From Setoptus koraiensis (Eukaryota > Animalia > Arthropoda), in assembly GCA_048013815.1 (NCBI GenBank), contig CM106585.1, positions 372,001 to 436,000 on the forward strand: a DNA stretch of 64,000 nt, in the 5' to 3' direction. The stretch's first letter is position 1. The number at the start of each line of letters is the position of its first letter. The position numbers and the translations under genes are program-made. The notes below the pieces were generated by a model, which was given only the letters and a program-made list of their open reading frames with translations, was not told the origin of the DNA and ran no database searches. Positions 39,587 to 51,359 of this stretch are shown in pieces.

Positions 39587-42500
39587 ATGCCCTCATCGGT
39601 AGTGCCTACTGTAGTAAGCAACATACTGACGGATGAGAATGATGATGTATCAACGTTCAACAATTCGGATAAGTTATCATCTACTACTCATGTAACTATC
39701 AGGACACAATCTATTAAGAGCCCTTCTAGAGTGCCAGAAAACCGTAGCATCATCAAGACAAAACAGCCGGCCTCGCCAAATACTCCAATGAAAAGAAATT
39801 CAACAACTATGTCGGCCTCAAAAACAAGTCTAGCCAATAGTAGCAACAACAATATTACTAATAATAATAATCATAATGTAACTTCTATTACTTCGACATT
39901 AACTATTAAAGCAACAAACGTAACTGATGCAACTCTCACTTCTAGTAACAATTCTTTTAGCATATCACCAGCAACATCGATAGCTAAATCAACATTACTA
40001 TCTGCAACAACTACAACAACAGCTGTAACCACCGATACTACTATCACAACCAATGCAAGCACAACATCCACATCAACATTACCAACTTCAGCATCATCTT
40101 TTAAAAATAAAACCACTAGCATATTAGATGGTATCATTGGTCAAGATTCAAATATTAATCTGATCACCAGTAAGATCCAAGCGAGCAAGCTACCCAAAGC
40201 GGTTGCATCTAACGCTAACACCACCGCCACCACCATTACAACCATAGCATCTACGGACTATTCTGACGATGACAATACTAATAAGCATGAACTTAAGTCT
40301 GTTGAAAGTCAAATAAAGAGCACAAAAGTTCACTCAATCAATGACGACGACGTAACAGCTGTAGCTCCCACACAAAATGCTTTGCATTCACCTGTTGGTA
40401 ATAGTAACTTAAAGTTGGAAGATTACAGCAAAATCAAATATGATGATCTAATCATTGAAGAACTAAAATGGAGACCAGCAATACCTGATTGTGATCTCAT
40501 GATGTATTTGAGAGCAGCTCGCAGTATGGCTGCCTTTGCAGGTATGTACGATGGTGGATCAGCAGACGATGGTTACACAGTAGCAACTAGGGACGATACT
40601 ACTATTAATGCATTAGAGTTGTTGCATGTCTGTGACTACGACACTGGCAAGGCCTTGCAAGCACTAGTCAAGAATCCGATACCAAAAGGGATAGATAAAA
40701 AATGGACTGAAGATGAACAAAAACGCTTCGTTAAAGGCTTAAGACAGCACGGTAAGTGTAGTTGATTAGCTAGTTGACTATCATCAATTTTATTAATTAA
40801 TTTAAAACTCAATATAATTATTATTGTTGTAATTAATTCGATTGACCAGTATTATTAATAAGTGATACAAGTAGCGTTTCGATCAAATAACCAAATATGA
40901 TTTATTTTTATATCTTATCTTCTAGGTAAAAATTTTTTCAAAATTCGCAAAGAATTACTTTCTCATAAAGAGGTATCCGACCTAGTCGAGTATTACTATT
41001 TATCTAAAAAGACACCGCAGATATCTGGTTCAAAACAACACAGAAGACGTAGAAATGCTCTGAAGCGAATGAAGCCATCCAATTATAGCAACAATAATAG
41101 TAACAGCAACAACAACAACAACAACAACAACAGCACCAACAATAATAATAATAAATCTAACTCACCGAAGATTGATGAAAGTAGCAGAGAGCAGGGCGAG
41201 TGTGCATCATCTGATGAAAGCTGCGAGGGCAGCAATGACAACGACAATGACAATATTAACACCAATGCATCATCAATTAATCAATCCACAAAAGATATAT
41301 CCAATGCACCTGCCAATACTCAATTAAAATCTACCAAAGTCCCAATTACTAGTGTTGAGTCGAAACTAGAAGATGATTACCTCTCTGAAAAAATCACTCG
41401 GGTGGACACTACTAACCATGCTGATATACCACCGATAGAAATTATAAATCGTGTACCAATTGTTACTAAAAAAGAAGTACCTGAGGATAATAATAGATTT
41501 ATAAATATTACCGATTCCAAACCTAGCCAAGTTGAGACACCAAATAAGAAAACTGTTATGTGCGAAAAATCCCAACCAGAATTTATTGCTACATCGGCTA
41601 AATTCGGCACTCCATTGATTGAAACTAAAAAAGATGCAGATAATGAGTCATATAAGGAGCACGATGTTCAAAGGCTGTTGTCGAATCAAGACACTTCAAG
41701 TGAGAAAAAACTGGATGAACCTCTAAGTCAATCCCGTGAAACTACTAAAAGATCACATGACTCTCATGATGATGTGAATGATGACTGCTGTCCGCCTGAA
41801 AAGATGAACAAAATTTCAGACAGTTATGTGAGAGATGTTGCAAATCAACCGGAGGACAAAAGCATTTCTCATTGTGAAAAAGATGATTTGCCAGAAAAAG
41901 TCAATCAGGCGCAAGCTGATGTCAAACCTAAAGATGTGATTAAAGAAGACACAGTACAGAGCAACAGCGTCCCCAAAATACTACCGCCTATACAGGTGGC
42001 GGCGAGTATACCGGAACCCAAATCTTCTACACTTTCACCCAAAATGTCTGCCCCATTGATCAATGATCATGCCAGCAATTCTACAGCCAATCAATTTGGA
42101 CACAACGTTCCAAATAGTGATATGAATCAACAAGACACAACAATCAACAAAAACCGTCCTAATAATATTGATCGCAAGCAAAGAGATGACTCGAAATTAT
42201 CACCTACTTCTAATCAAACAAATAATTTGAAAGCATCACCTCCTCCTGAAACTGTTGTCAATCGTCAAGCTCCAATCTCAATATGTCCGCCAGGCCCGAT
42301 ACCACCTTTCCATCCGTCTTTGCTACCACCACCTGGTTCATTAGCTGGATCTTTACCTTTTCCGTTTCCTCCATATTGGCCATTTCCAAGGCCCGGTCAG
42401 TTGGGCTCTCTACCGTTTTTACCTCAAAACGGACTGCCACCTTATCCCGGCATGCCGTTCAATAATAGCTCACTACCTTTACCACACGGACCAACAGGTA

Positions 42501-43300
42501 GCCCATTAGGTAACAGCCGGATGTCGGTCGATCCATCTATCAGTGGGGGTGCCTTGCCACCTTCAATGATGACACCAGGAGGAGCACCAACTGGATCACC
42601 ATCCACATCAAATAAAGGCAAAAGTCATCAATCGAACAGTTCCAGTGGTAGAAACAGTTTAGGTCCAATCCAAACATTGTCGCCTCTCCAACTTGGGCAT
42701 ATGCCTTTACCAGGACAACCCCCTTCTATGATGGGAGGTACAGGACCTCTCCTCAGTCCACACCACAATCAAATGTCTAACCCTTCGCCTCACACCCCTA
42801 TGAAACACTTACAAACCATGAGTATGTCACCACATTCTCTTCCTTCGCCATCCGTTCAGCCCTCAAACATACATGGGTCTTCGTCATCTGCTAAACAAAA
42901 AGAATCGCCTAGCGGAAGATCGCAAAGTCATCATTCTAAGCAATATCAATCACCATCAGATCAAGGTAGAAATAGATATAACGCAGGCGTAGATCGGATG
43001 GGAGTGCCCCTTGAATACCTGAATCAGGATGTTCCTCATCCGCCGAGAGTCAGTAGATTGCCAACTCCTGATCCAACTCCGGATAACTCGGAGCATTTTG
43101 TTAGTCGGAATGCTCTTTTTATCAAGACTCTCAACAGAGGAGACGGCTACGGTTTCTGTTCCAGAACAGACCTCATATTCAGGGTAAAACCAGATTCTGA
43201 CCTTGATAAGAAGCGCCAGGAGAGAAAAAAGAGGGCACAAGAAAAGGAGCTAGCTGAACAAAGAAGAATTGCAGCTGAAAGAGAAAATAAACTTATCGCC

Positions 43301-43332
<32 letters not shown>

Positions 43333-44791
43333 ACAGCAACAACAGCAACAACAGCAACATCAACAACATCACCAGCAGCAGCAACTACAGTTACATCAGA
43401 ATCAGCAAAATCAGCACCATCAACAACAAATGAAGCAACACCATCAGAACCAACAACAGCAGATACAATTACACCAGCAGCAACAGCAACAACAGCAACA
43501 ACAGCATCATCATCATCAAATTCAACAGCAACAACAACAGCAACAACAACAGCAGCAACAGCAGCAACAGCAGCAACAACAACAGCAACAACAACACCAG
43601 CAACAACAACAACACCAGCAACAACAACAACAGCAACAACAACAGCAGATACCGGGTCATAACCTACCACCTCATGGACCTCCTCTTCATCCTCATTCTA
43701 TATCCAACCACATGGAACTGCAGCAGCAATTCCAGCAGCAACAGTTTCAACAGCAGCAACGTCCACCTAACTTTAGTGACAACAACCCTCCTTTCAGCAT
43801 GAGACAATCTCCTGGAGACTTCCCCCGACCGCACACCACGTTCTCACCAGCTACAGTCTTTCCGCCAAGAGGAACACCAACTACTATGCCTAGCGGCTTG
43901 CCAAATTTGCCACCTGTATCTAGTCTTCCACCAATTCCTGGAATGCCGCCTGGCTTGGATCCATCTTTGTTGTATAATTCTTTCAACGCACCAGGTATCC
44001 GTGAAAGGCTAGCAGAGCAAGAAGAAAAACAATCGCGTGAGGACTACACTAGACGATTAACCCAAGCTTTGGGTCTAGAGTATTTTGGTTTGCCACCGAA
44101 TAGTTTCGACTTACATCGCCGACTTCTCAGCAGCTTCGGTGGTCACCCTCCCCCGTTCTTGCCGCCTGTCTCCTCATCTAGTGGTGGTGGTCCATCCCAA
44201 CCAGGACCCCCTGTGTCAACAAATCCTCAAAATCCTGCTGGCGGTTCTACTCTCACTTCTGGTCTCCATCCATCTCCTTTTCACATGTTTTCGCCAAATG
44301 ATAGAGACGCCTTCATAAACGAACGTTTACACCAGGAAAGAATGTCTGGACTACCTAGCGATTCACTACTTCGATTGCAAATGGCTCAAGCTGCTGGCGG
44401 TCACTGCCCGCCGGAACTTCAAGCGGCCACTGCACATTTATCACATCTGAATCCTCACGAAACCGCACCATCAGCAGCTGGTCTTTCGATGCCCCCACCA
44501 CCTCCTGGGGCTCCACCATTCATGGGAGGAGGTCCACCGTGTCCTTCAATGTTGGGTCCACCACCCCAGGGTTTCCCTGGGGCCCCTGGTCTGAGGCCTC
44601 CTCCACCAATGATACCCGGACTAAATCTGCCGCCAGGATTCCACGAACAAGCGGCTTTGGCGCAACAATTCTCAATGCAAGAACAGAGAAATGAATTTGC
44701 TCGTCAAATGATGATTGAAAGTGATCGTTTACAACAAATGCAGCAAGCTCAAAATCCGAACTCGAAAGGAATTCTCCAGATAATTAGTTAA
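39587..44791 (+). CDS. Atro: Atrophin/RERE (Grunge) transcriptional corepressor; exons 39587-40751 and 40926-44791
   Basis: ELM2 [30 protein letters not shown]...[31 protein letters not shown]|[11 protein letters not shown] spliced across a GTAAGT...TTCTAG intron. Atrophin-domain motif [28 protein letters not shown]-like basic/acidic stretch, Pro-rich C-terminus. Upstream or downstream exons cannot be excluded. Confidence 0.92.
43301..43648 (+). repeat. CAG/CAA repeat region encoding a 116-residue Gln/His tract
   Basis: About 90 Gln; longest pure run about 25. Confidence 0.95.
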
Positions 44792-46513
44792 TAGTCTAAA
44801 GCAACCCTCAACGATCGGTGACCACTGTTAGTTGATTGGACCAGAAAATTAATAGAACATGCTATGCTGACGCCAATTCTCACATTGAAGTTTGGAGATT
44901 TCTTTTAGTTTTTTATTCTGATAATAAACATGTTGGCAATTTACAGTTTATTACACAAATATGATACTGGAAAAACCTCTTGTTTTTGAGAAATAGAATT
45001 GAAGATGTCATTCGATTATGATCATTGCAGATATTCATCTCGGGCCAAAAATTAATATTCCCCCTAAAACTTGTTATTTGCCGAAGTATATGACAATCAT
45101 CGTTGACTGGTAAAGTTCTTTCATATAATTTATGAATAAGATAGAATCCGAGCTAAAACTGAAAGCTATGTGGAAATAGTTTTGTCGCAAATATAGTCTA
45201 ATCAGTTTCGCAGAGGACTTCAACTGCATTACGAGTGTGTCTAAATTTATGCCCACTCATTTGAATGATAATCTATTCGAGTTCTTTTCCTTTCCTGCTT
45301 CTCTGACACTGCTGAATCACTAAGACACGGACAGATAAATAGTCTTGGCCAAGGGGCCAAACAATTGTAGCCGTAATTTTGATGAATACATACCTATCTG
45401 GGCCGAATGTTTGAATCGAAACAATTGTGGGTCTCAGCTTGTTAGATTGTCTCAGCTACCAATACTAGCACCCAAATATTAAAGATTTACATGGTTTCGC
45501 TAAACAACAGATTCGATGAGAGTCTAACTGCTACTTCAGGGTGATATTATCACTGTTGCGGATAAAGTTTTTGTGTTCTAGATTACCAACTAGAATCCGA
45601 GCATGCTCAGTTTGGGGACCGATTCATAACTAGAATTTCATAAATTTCCTCATCATTTGCTATCCAGTATTTGATTCATTGATTCACAAGATAGGCCGTT
45701 TCATTTATTGCGTGCGGATCATCTCTGATGAGAAGACTTGGCGAGAGCTCTATGAGTCTCAAAACAGATAAAAAACTCAACAGTTTGAGTCTGATGATGA
45801 TGATTTAAACTGCAAATAATCAAAAGTATTGTTTGTCAACTGTATTCAACAAAAGGCTCAAACAAATGCGCGATCACAACTAATGAACGTGGCGAACGCG
45901 CTATTGCGTAATGATATCAATGTGCTTTCTAAAGAGCTTATAGCGCCTCCACTAGTTTTCCATATTAAATTTATCTATACGCAACACAGGTGCGCATGTT
46001 TGTGTGTGCATCATCATGAATCATATGGTATCATCATCGGGCCGGATCGGATGTCGCGGAGGAAAAATTTTAGAGGCGCGCCCCTTCACATTTTATTTCC
46101 TTTCTCGTTCCTTGAATCCTCAAAGGATCTAGATGAAAGGTTGCGACTCATGAACCCTATCGTCATGCACAACTCTTGAAGGTTTCGTCTCTTTTGTATT
46201 GCAGCTCCAAAGAAATAATCCAACCATGAAGAACAGAAGGAATGGGTGGGGCTCTGTGCGCGCGGACAGTGCGGAAGCTCGAGGCGTGGGGGGTGGGAGT
46301 GTGCAGCAGTGGATGGGAGAACCAACAAAATAAAAAATATAAATGAAGCATCAACTCCGACGGATTGTTAGCAAATCCCCGGCAAATGTCTGCCTTACTA
46401 TTATATCCTTCAAATTCTTCTCTGGTTCCTATCGAATCACATTCACCTAATCTCGATCCATTGATTAGTATCGGAAATCAACACCATAACCTCAACAAAC
46501 AAAAAAATACGAT

Positions 46514-47700
46514 ATGCTTTACCTAGTGGGACTCGGACTCGGAGATGCCAAGGATATCACAGTGAAAGGGTTAGAAATTGTTCAGCGTTCCAAAGAAGTT
46601 TTCTTAGAAAACTACACATCTATACTAGGATGTACCCAAGAGGAGTTGGTTAGTATTTTAGCGATATGTAGATGTCGATAGGTACCCTTGAGATAACTTA
46701 TTGATAGTAATAACTATATATATTTATATATATATTGTGCATTATCATTACATTCATCCATCCACTGCTTATTCAACAAATAGGAAGCATTCTACGGTCG
46801 GACAGTTATACCAGTCGACCGTGAAATGATGGAACAGGGATGCAACCGCATTTTAGATAGTGCAAGTGAAGGAGATACCGCCGTTCTAGTTGTTGGCGAT
46901 CCTCTAAAGTTAGTCTTGATCAATATGCGAACGAAGTAATTCAGCCTCTCGGCAATCTAGCAACGATACTGAATGTCCCTTTTCATTCCAATTCTCCAAC
47001 ATGTTGTGTTATTTAGTGCCACTACTCACACGGATCTATTGCTCCGGGCATCTAGCAGGAAGATACCTTATCAAATCATTCATAACGCCTCTATATTGAA
47101 CGCGGTAGCATGTTGTGGCTTGCAAATCTACAATTTTGGCGAGACAGTTTCTATACCATTTTGGACGGATACGTGGAGACCTGAAAGTTTTTATGACAAA
47201 ATTATGAGGAACCAATCGAACGGCTTACACACCCTATGTTTACTAGGTAAAATATTTCTTTTCTTTTAATAACCAGTTACTATCATCTATTCACTGTAAA
47301 TGTAATAATTAAAATCGCATCACGTTGTTCCTTTTATTACTGTATAATCTCAGATATTAAGGTCAAGGAACCAAATCTAGATTTGCTCATGAGAGGGATA
47401 ACCAAAATGGAGCCTGCAAGATTCATGACTATCGCAGAGGCCGCAACACAATTAATAGAAATCATCAGGAATAGACAACAAGAACAAGCTTGTGACCAGA
47501 ACCAATCAACCAAGAAAAACCTCCAAGAAGAAAGCTTCTGCATCGGTCTTGCTAGAATTGGTAGCTCTCAACAAAAAATTTCCAGGACCACGCTGATTGA
47601 AGCCACTAATATCGATTTTGGTCCTCCCCTGCATTCCTTGGTCATTCCAGGTAGTATGCATCCCTTAGAAGAAGAAATGGTCGACCTATTGTCGAGATGA
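46514..47700 (+). CDS. DPH5: Diphthine methyl ester synthase; exons 46514-46648, 46784-46908, 47017-47246, 47354-47700
   Basis: [102 protein letters not shown]. Three GT-AG introns keep the frame. Confidence 0.96.
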
Positions 47701-47784
47701 CTGCTGTTGAACCATGATAAGTTGTGACTTTTGTGCTTCTAAGAAAGTTCTATGTTAGAAAAAAATTATACAATTGAATCTCAG

Positions 47785-49580
47785 CTATACTGATATGGTT
47801 TTCAAAGCATCCTCGTCGTACATTTCAATCAATGCGTAACTACCATCATTGAATGGGTAGGTTTGACGACTATCCAATACTAGACAACCGTCCTGCATCC
47901 TTGATTTAACCTCTAACATCTTTGGGTAACCTCGAGGTTCCAAAGTGGGGCCTGTTGCATAGTCTACAGGATCCCTGATAGAATACGCCATAATAGGCTT
48001 TGTGGCTGGGAATGTCAACATTTCATTAAACTCCTTAGCAACTCTGAGTGTGTCAACATTAGGTAGTTCAATTCCATGTTGGCCTGATATTATTTTTAAT
48101 ATTGATTGGACTTGATGCGCAGTCAATTTGTTCATATTCAAATTCCAGGAAGTAGATCCAGTCCCAGTACATACAGCCAGACCTGAACTTTTTACTTTGA
48201 CAGGTCTGTTGTTATTGATGGATAGTTCGAAATATGATACTCTGGCGGATAGAGCCTCCCCAACAAAAACTTCATTGAGAGCCTTCTCTTTGATTTGCTG
48301 AATTTTAAAAAAGACTTTACCGTCAACAGTTTGATAAAAACTTTTGGATTCTTCATTATTAGAAGTGTTTGTGGCAATCGAGCCGACGACATAACCGTTC
48401 GGAGTTAGTAATTGACGCTGTTGTTCTTCAGAATGACAAGATGTTTGACGCATTCTCGATGGTGATCTACTCCTGGCTGGAGATGAAGGTTGATCATTAC
48501 TATCTTCTTGATCTAAATAATGGTTTGTTCGTTTGTGATTATTTCTTATATCATTCAATTCACGCGGGTCTTCGTCCGCTGCTTCACCTATTAAAGTAAT
48601 TCGAAGTCTTTGTCTATATTGCCATTGGTATCGTCCATCTTTTAGTAACTGTATGACTCTTTTAAAGTTAGTAGAATATTCTTTAGGAAGGCACAGGTGG
48701 CCAACAGACTTTGTTGGATCACTATTTACTCCTATTACTGGTTTATCACGGGTTATAACTTTCGAGGCCGCCATCAAAAATGTACCATCGCCACCACTTG
48801 TGACTATGACGTCTGCCCAATTAATTTTGTCCTCAGTATAACCATGTCTATCGACAGTTTGAAATTCAATCATATCGTCAGCTAAGGCTGACTCAATCTG
48901 GTGCAAACATGATTTGTGCACTTGATCGTAGTGCTTCAAGGATTCATAGTCGGAACCTCTCTCAGATAGCTAAGAAAACAATTAGATAGAATCAGAGAGA
49001 GAGAGAGAGAGAGAGAGCTATGATGAATAATCTAGCACTCGCTTAAGAATTGATTGCAATTTTCTAATTTGTACGAGCGAGGACAAATCGATTCGAGAGG
49101 TTTAGAGCAACTTAAGTTCTAACTTACGTTCGATTTGAGCTGCTCTTCATTGAATTCAGGATGAGTTAACCTCTCATATTCAAGCCGGGAAAATTTTCTA
49201 AGTATTAATGCTCGACGTGGCAGGAATGGCTTCTCAGAATGGACTAAAGTATGGCTTCTACAAGTAGTTGAGTGATGTAATAAATGATCCATAGATGCAG
49301 CTTTAATCGATCCAGTTAATGTCATAGTTTTCGACGAAGAGTGTATTGAATTGGTACGTTTGTATGATCTCTTTTGGGATTCGCCAATTAAAATAGTGTA
49401 GTATTGCTTGTGAACAAGTGTTTGGCTTCCAGTAATATGATAACTATTAGAATCCAATAAAATTGTTTTGTTTATGTTACTTTGGTTGCTCCTGTTTCTA
49501 CTCGATGTTACAACCACAATATTACTTGCTTGTCTCGACTTCAAGCGTATCTGATTAGTAAGTAATCGCAATGACATCAT
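47785..49580 (-). CDS. NADK2: Mitochondrial NAD kinase 2; exons 49580-49128 and 48969-47785
   Basis: FLPRRALILRKFSRLEYE...EEQLKSN|LSERGSDY joined across a GTAAGT...TTCTTAG intron. WADVIVTSGGDGTFLMAASKV, PVIGVNSDP, ALNEVFVGE, KSSGLAVCTGTGSTSW motifs. N-terminus is Arg/Ser/Leu-rich and acid-free. The start codon is inferred. Confidence 0.92.
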
Positions 49581-49986
49581 TCAGTCTTAGTAGGCAATTT
49601 TTTTGTATGCCAATAGGCGTTTCAAGATTGTCGACAAGCATGTGTGTTAATTTACTATCACAACCAACAACTAGTCCTGTTAGAGTTCGTCCAGCTACGT
49701 CTGATTCACTGAGAAGTGTTATTTTGATATTGCTGATATTACTGCTATCATGACTATTATTAGTGTTAATCAGGTGCTTGTCTATCTTTTCTTTCTCCTT
49801 TTCTTTTTCTTGCAATTGTTTCTGTAATGGTGATGTCGATTGGGTATGGCTATAATCGATATTAATATTGTTATTACTCTGAGATAATTTTATTAGTTCA
49901 CAAAGAAACGATCTGCGCATTTGAGCTCTTGCGTTTACCACTGTATCCATTTGAGAATCATTTATCACAGTGGTGTTAGTTGACAT
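49555..49986 (-). CDS. GEMIN7: Gem-associated protein 7 (SMN complex, Sm-like fold), intronless
   Basis: ARAQMRRSFLCELIKL resembles the Gemin7 ARAxLRERYLRSL helix. C-terminal LVDNLETPIGIQKNCLLRLNDVIAITY matches VSxLQTPIGVQxEALLRxSDIIS. Confidence 0.88.
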   Translation of the reverse strand: MSTNTTVINDSQMDTVVNARAQMRRSFLCELIKLSQSNNNINIDYSHTQSTSPLQKQLQEKEKEKEKIDKHLINTNNSHDSSNISNIKITLLSESDVAGRTLTGLVVGCDSKLTHMLVDNLETPIGIQKNCLLRLNDVIAITY

Positions 49987-50654
49987 GCTTTTCTGGCAAG
50001 ACTATGACACTAGTTGAACTAAACTATAAACCACTATATGCTGCAGCTTATTTTCCCTCTAAAGTGTACAATAATATTGGTATCAATAATAAAACAGCTG
50101 AACAATATTAGTGAATAATATACTTTAGTTTTGTTGATTACTCTGATGCAGATGTATCTGTGTGATAATACTAACAACATCAGCAAGACGTTATACGTTA
50201 GAGATAAGAACATTCATACATGGGACTTACATAACAACTACACGACGATGAAGTAAGTGAACAACACTGGTAAGGCGCTAGTGCAGTTGTTTTGTTGTTT
50301 ATATTAGTCCAACAAAAACAACTGAGATGGATTCTTTCAATAGAATTATCTCCTCCTGATAATTGGACTGGTTATTAGTATAGGTGTGCATAGGCGATTG
50401 AATAGAGACTGATAAGATATCAGTTCTTTACATATCAATATATCTATTGATATCTTGATATTGTAACAATCTAAGTGTATATAGAGGATAGATAGCAGAT
50501 TGATATTATTGTTGGGGACTATCAGAAACCAATGAATCGTATTATAAGAAGATAGATCATGGATGCATGTTAAATGCAAAAATGTATATACAAATATTCA
50601 TCCGTGTATGGTTGAGTTGCTTGTTTACTTTGGTAATAAATTATTTATCTATCA

Positions 50655-51359
50655 AAGGATGTGTTGCATTTTGGGTCGATTTTGAAAATTTTTGCTGTGG
50701 GTATCTATCGTTGGAGGTATGATAGAGCACCCCGAGTGGCGCCCATCGGGCCGGCCCGCGCACTGGAACCACCTTGCGGTCGGGCGTTACCGCGGTTTTA
50801 GTATTTTTTTTTTGTTTGGGGCCCCACTTCGCATAGAAAGATAGGATCGGCGGAGATGTGACTATGCTCATTGTGTAGAGCGACTCCCAACCGACAAAAT
50901 GAGCGAAAAAAATGTTGAAAAAACAACGGAGGTCGGTGTGAAAAACCGCAAGACCCGAGCCCCCTCCCCTGACCGCGCATAGGAGAAATGCAAATAGAGC
51001 AGCCAATGAGCGGACGAAATCTGCACATCTCCTATGCGCGGTCAGGGGAGGGGGCTCGGGTCTTGCGGTTTTTCACACCGACCTCCGTTGTTTTTTCAAC
51101 ATTTTTTTCGCTCATTTTGTCGGTTGGGAGTCGCTCTACACAATGAGCATAGTCACATCTCCGCCGATCCTATCTTTCTATGCGAAGTGGGGCCCCAAAC
51201 AAAAAAAAAATACTAAAACCGCGGTAGCGCCCGACTGCAAGGTGGTTCCAGTGCGCGGGCCGGCCCGATGGGCGCCACTCGGGGTGCTCTATCATACCTC
51301 CAACGATAGATACCCACAGCAAAAATTTTCAAAATCGACCCAAAATGCAACACATCCTT
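50655..51359. mobile_element. 705-bp palindrome: 332-bp inverted arms (2 mismatches) around a 41-bp spacer; MITE/foldback-like element
   Basis: Arms 50655-50986 and 51028-51359 pair without indels. Visibly richer in G+C than the flanks, with sharp boundaries. No transposase and no target-site duplication seen. The inverted repeat is certain; the mobile-element interpretation is inference. Confidence 0.6.

Noticed and set aside
40965-40985. GTATCC as a U12-type intron donor in Atrophin
   Set aside because: It lacks the following TT and lies in an uninterrupted conserved SANT exon.
43293-43670. Poly-Leu and poly-Val ORFs on the minus strand
   Set aside because: Antisense shadows of the Atrophin polyQ tract. 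The same holds for those opposite the PAN/ZP, sim and IST1 genes.
46030-46325. GC-rich patch upstream of DPH5 as a TE fragment or G-quadruplex
   Set aside because: No terminal repeats, TSD or clear match to the 50.7-kb element, and G-tract spacing is not canonical.
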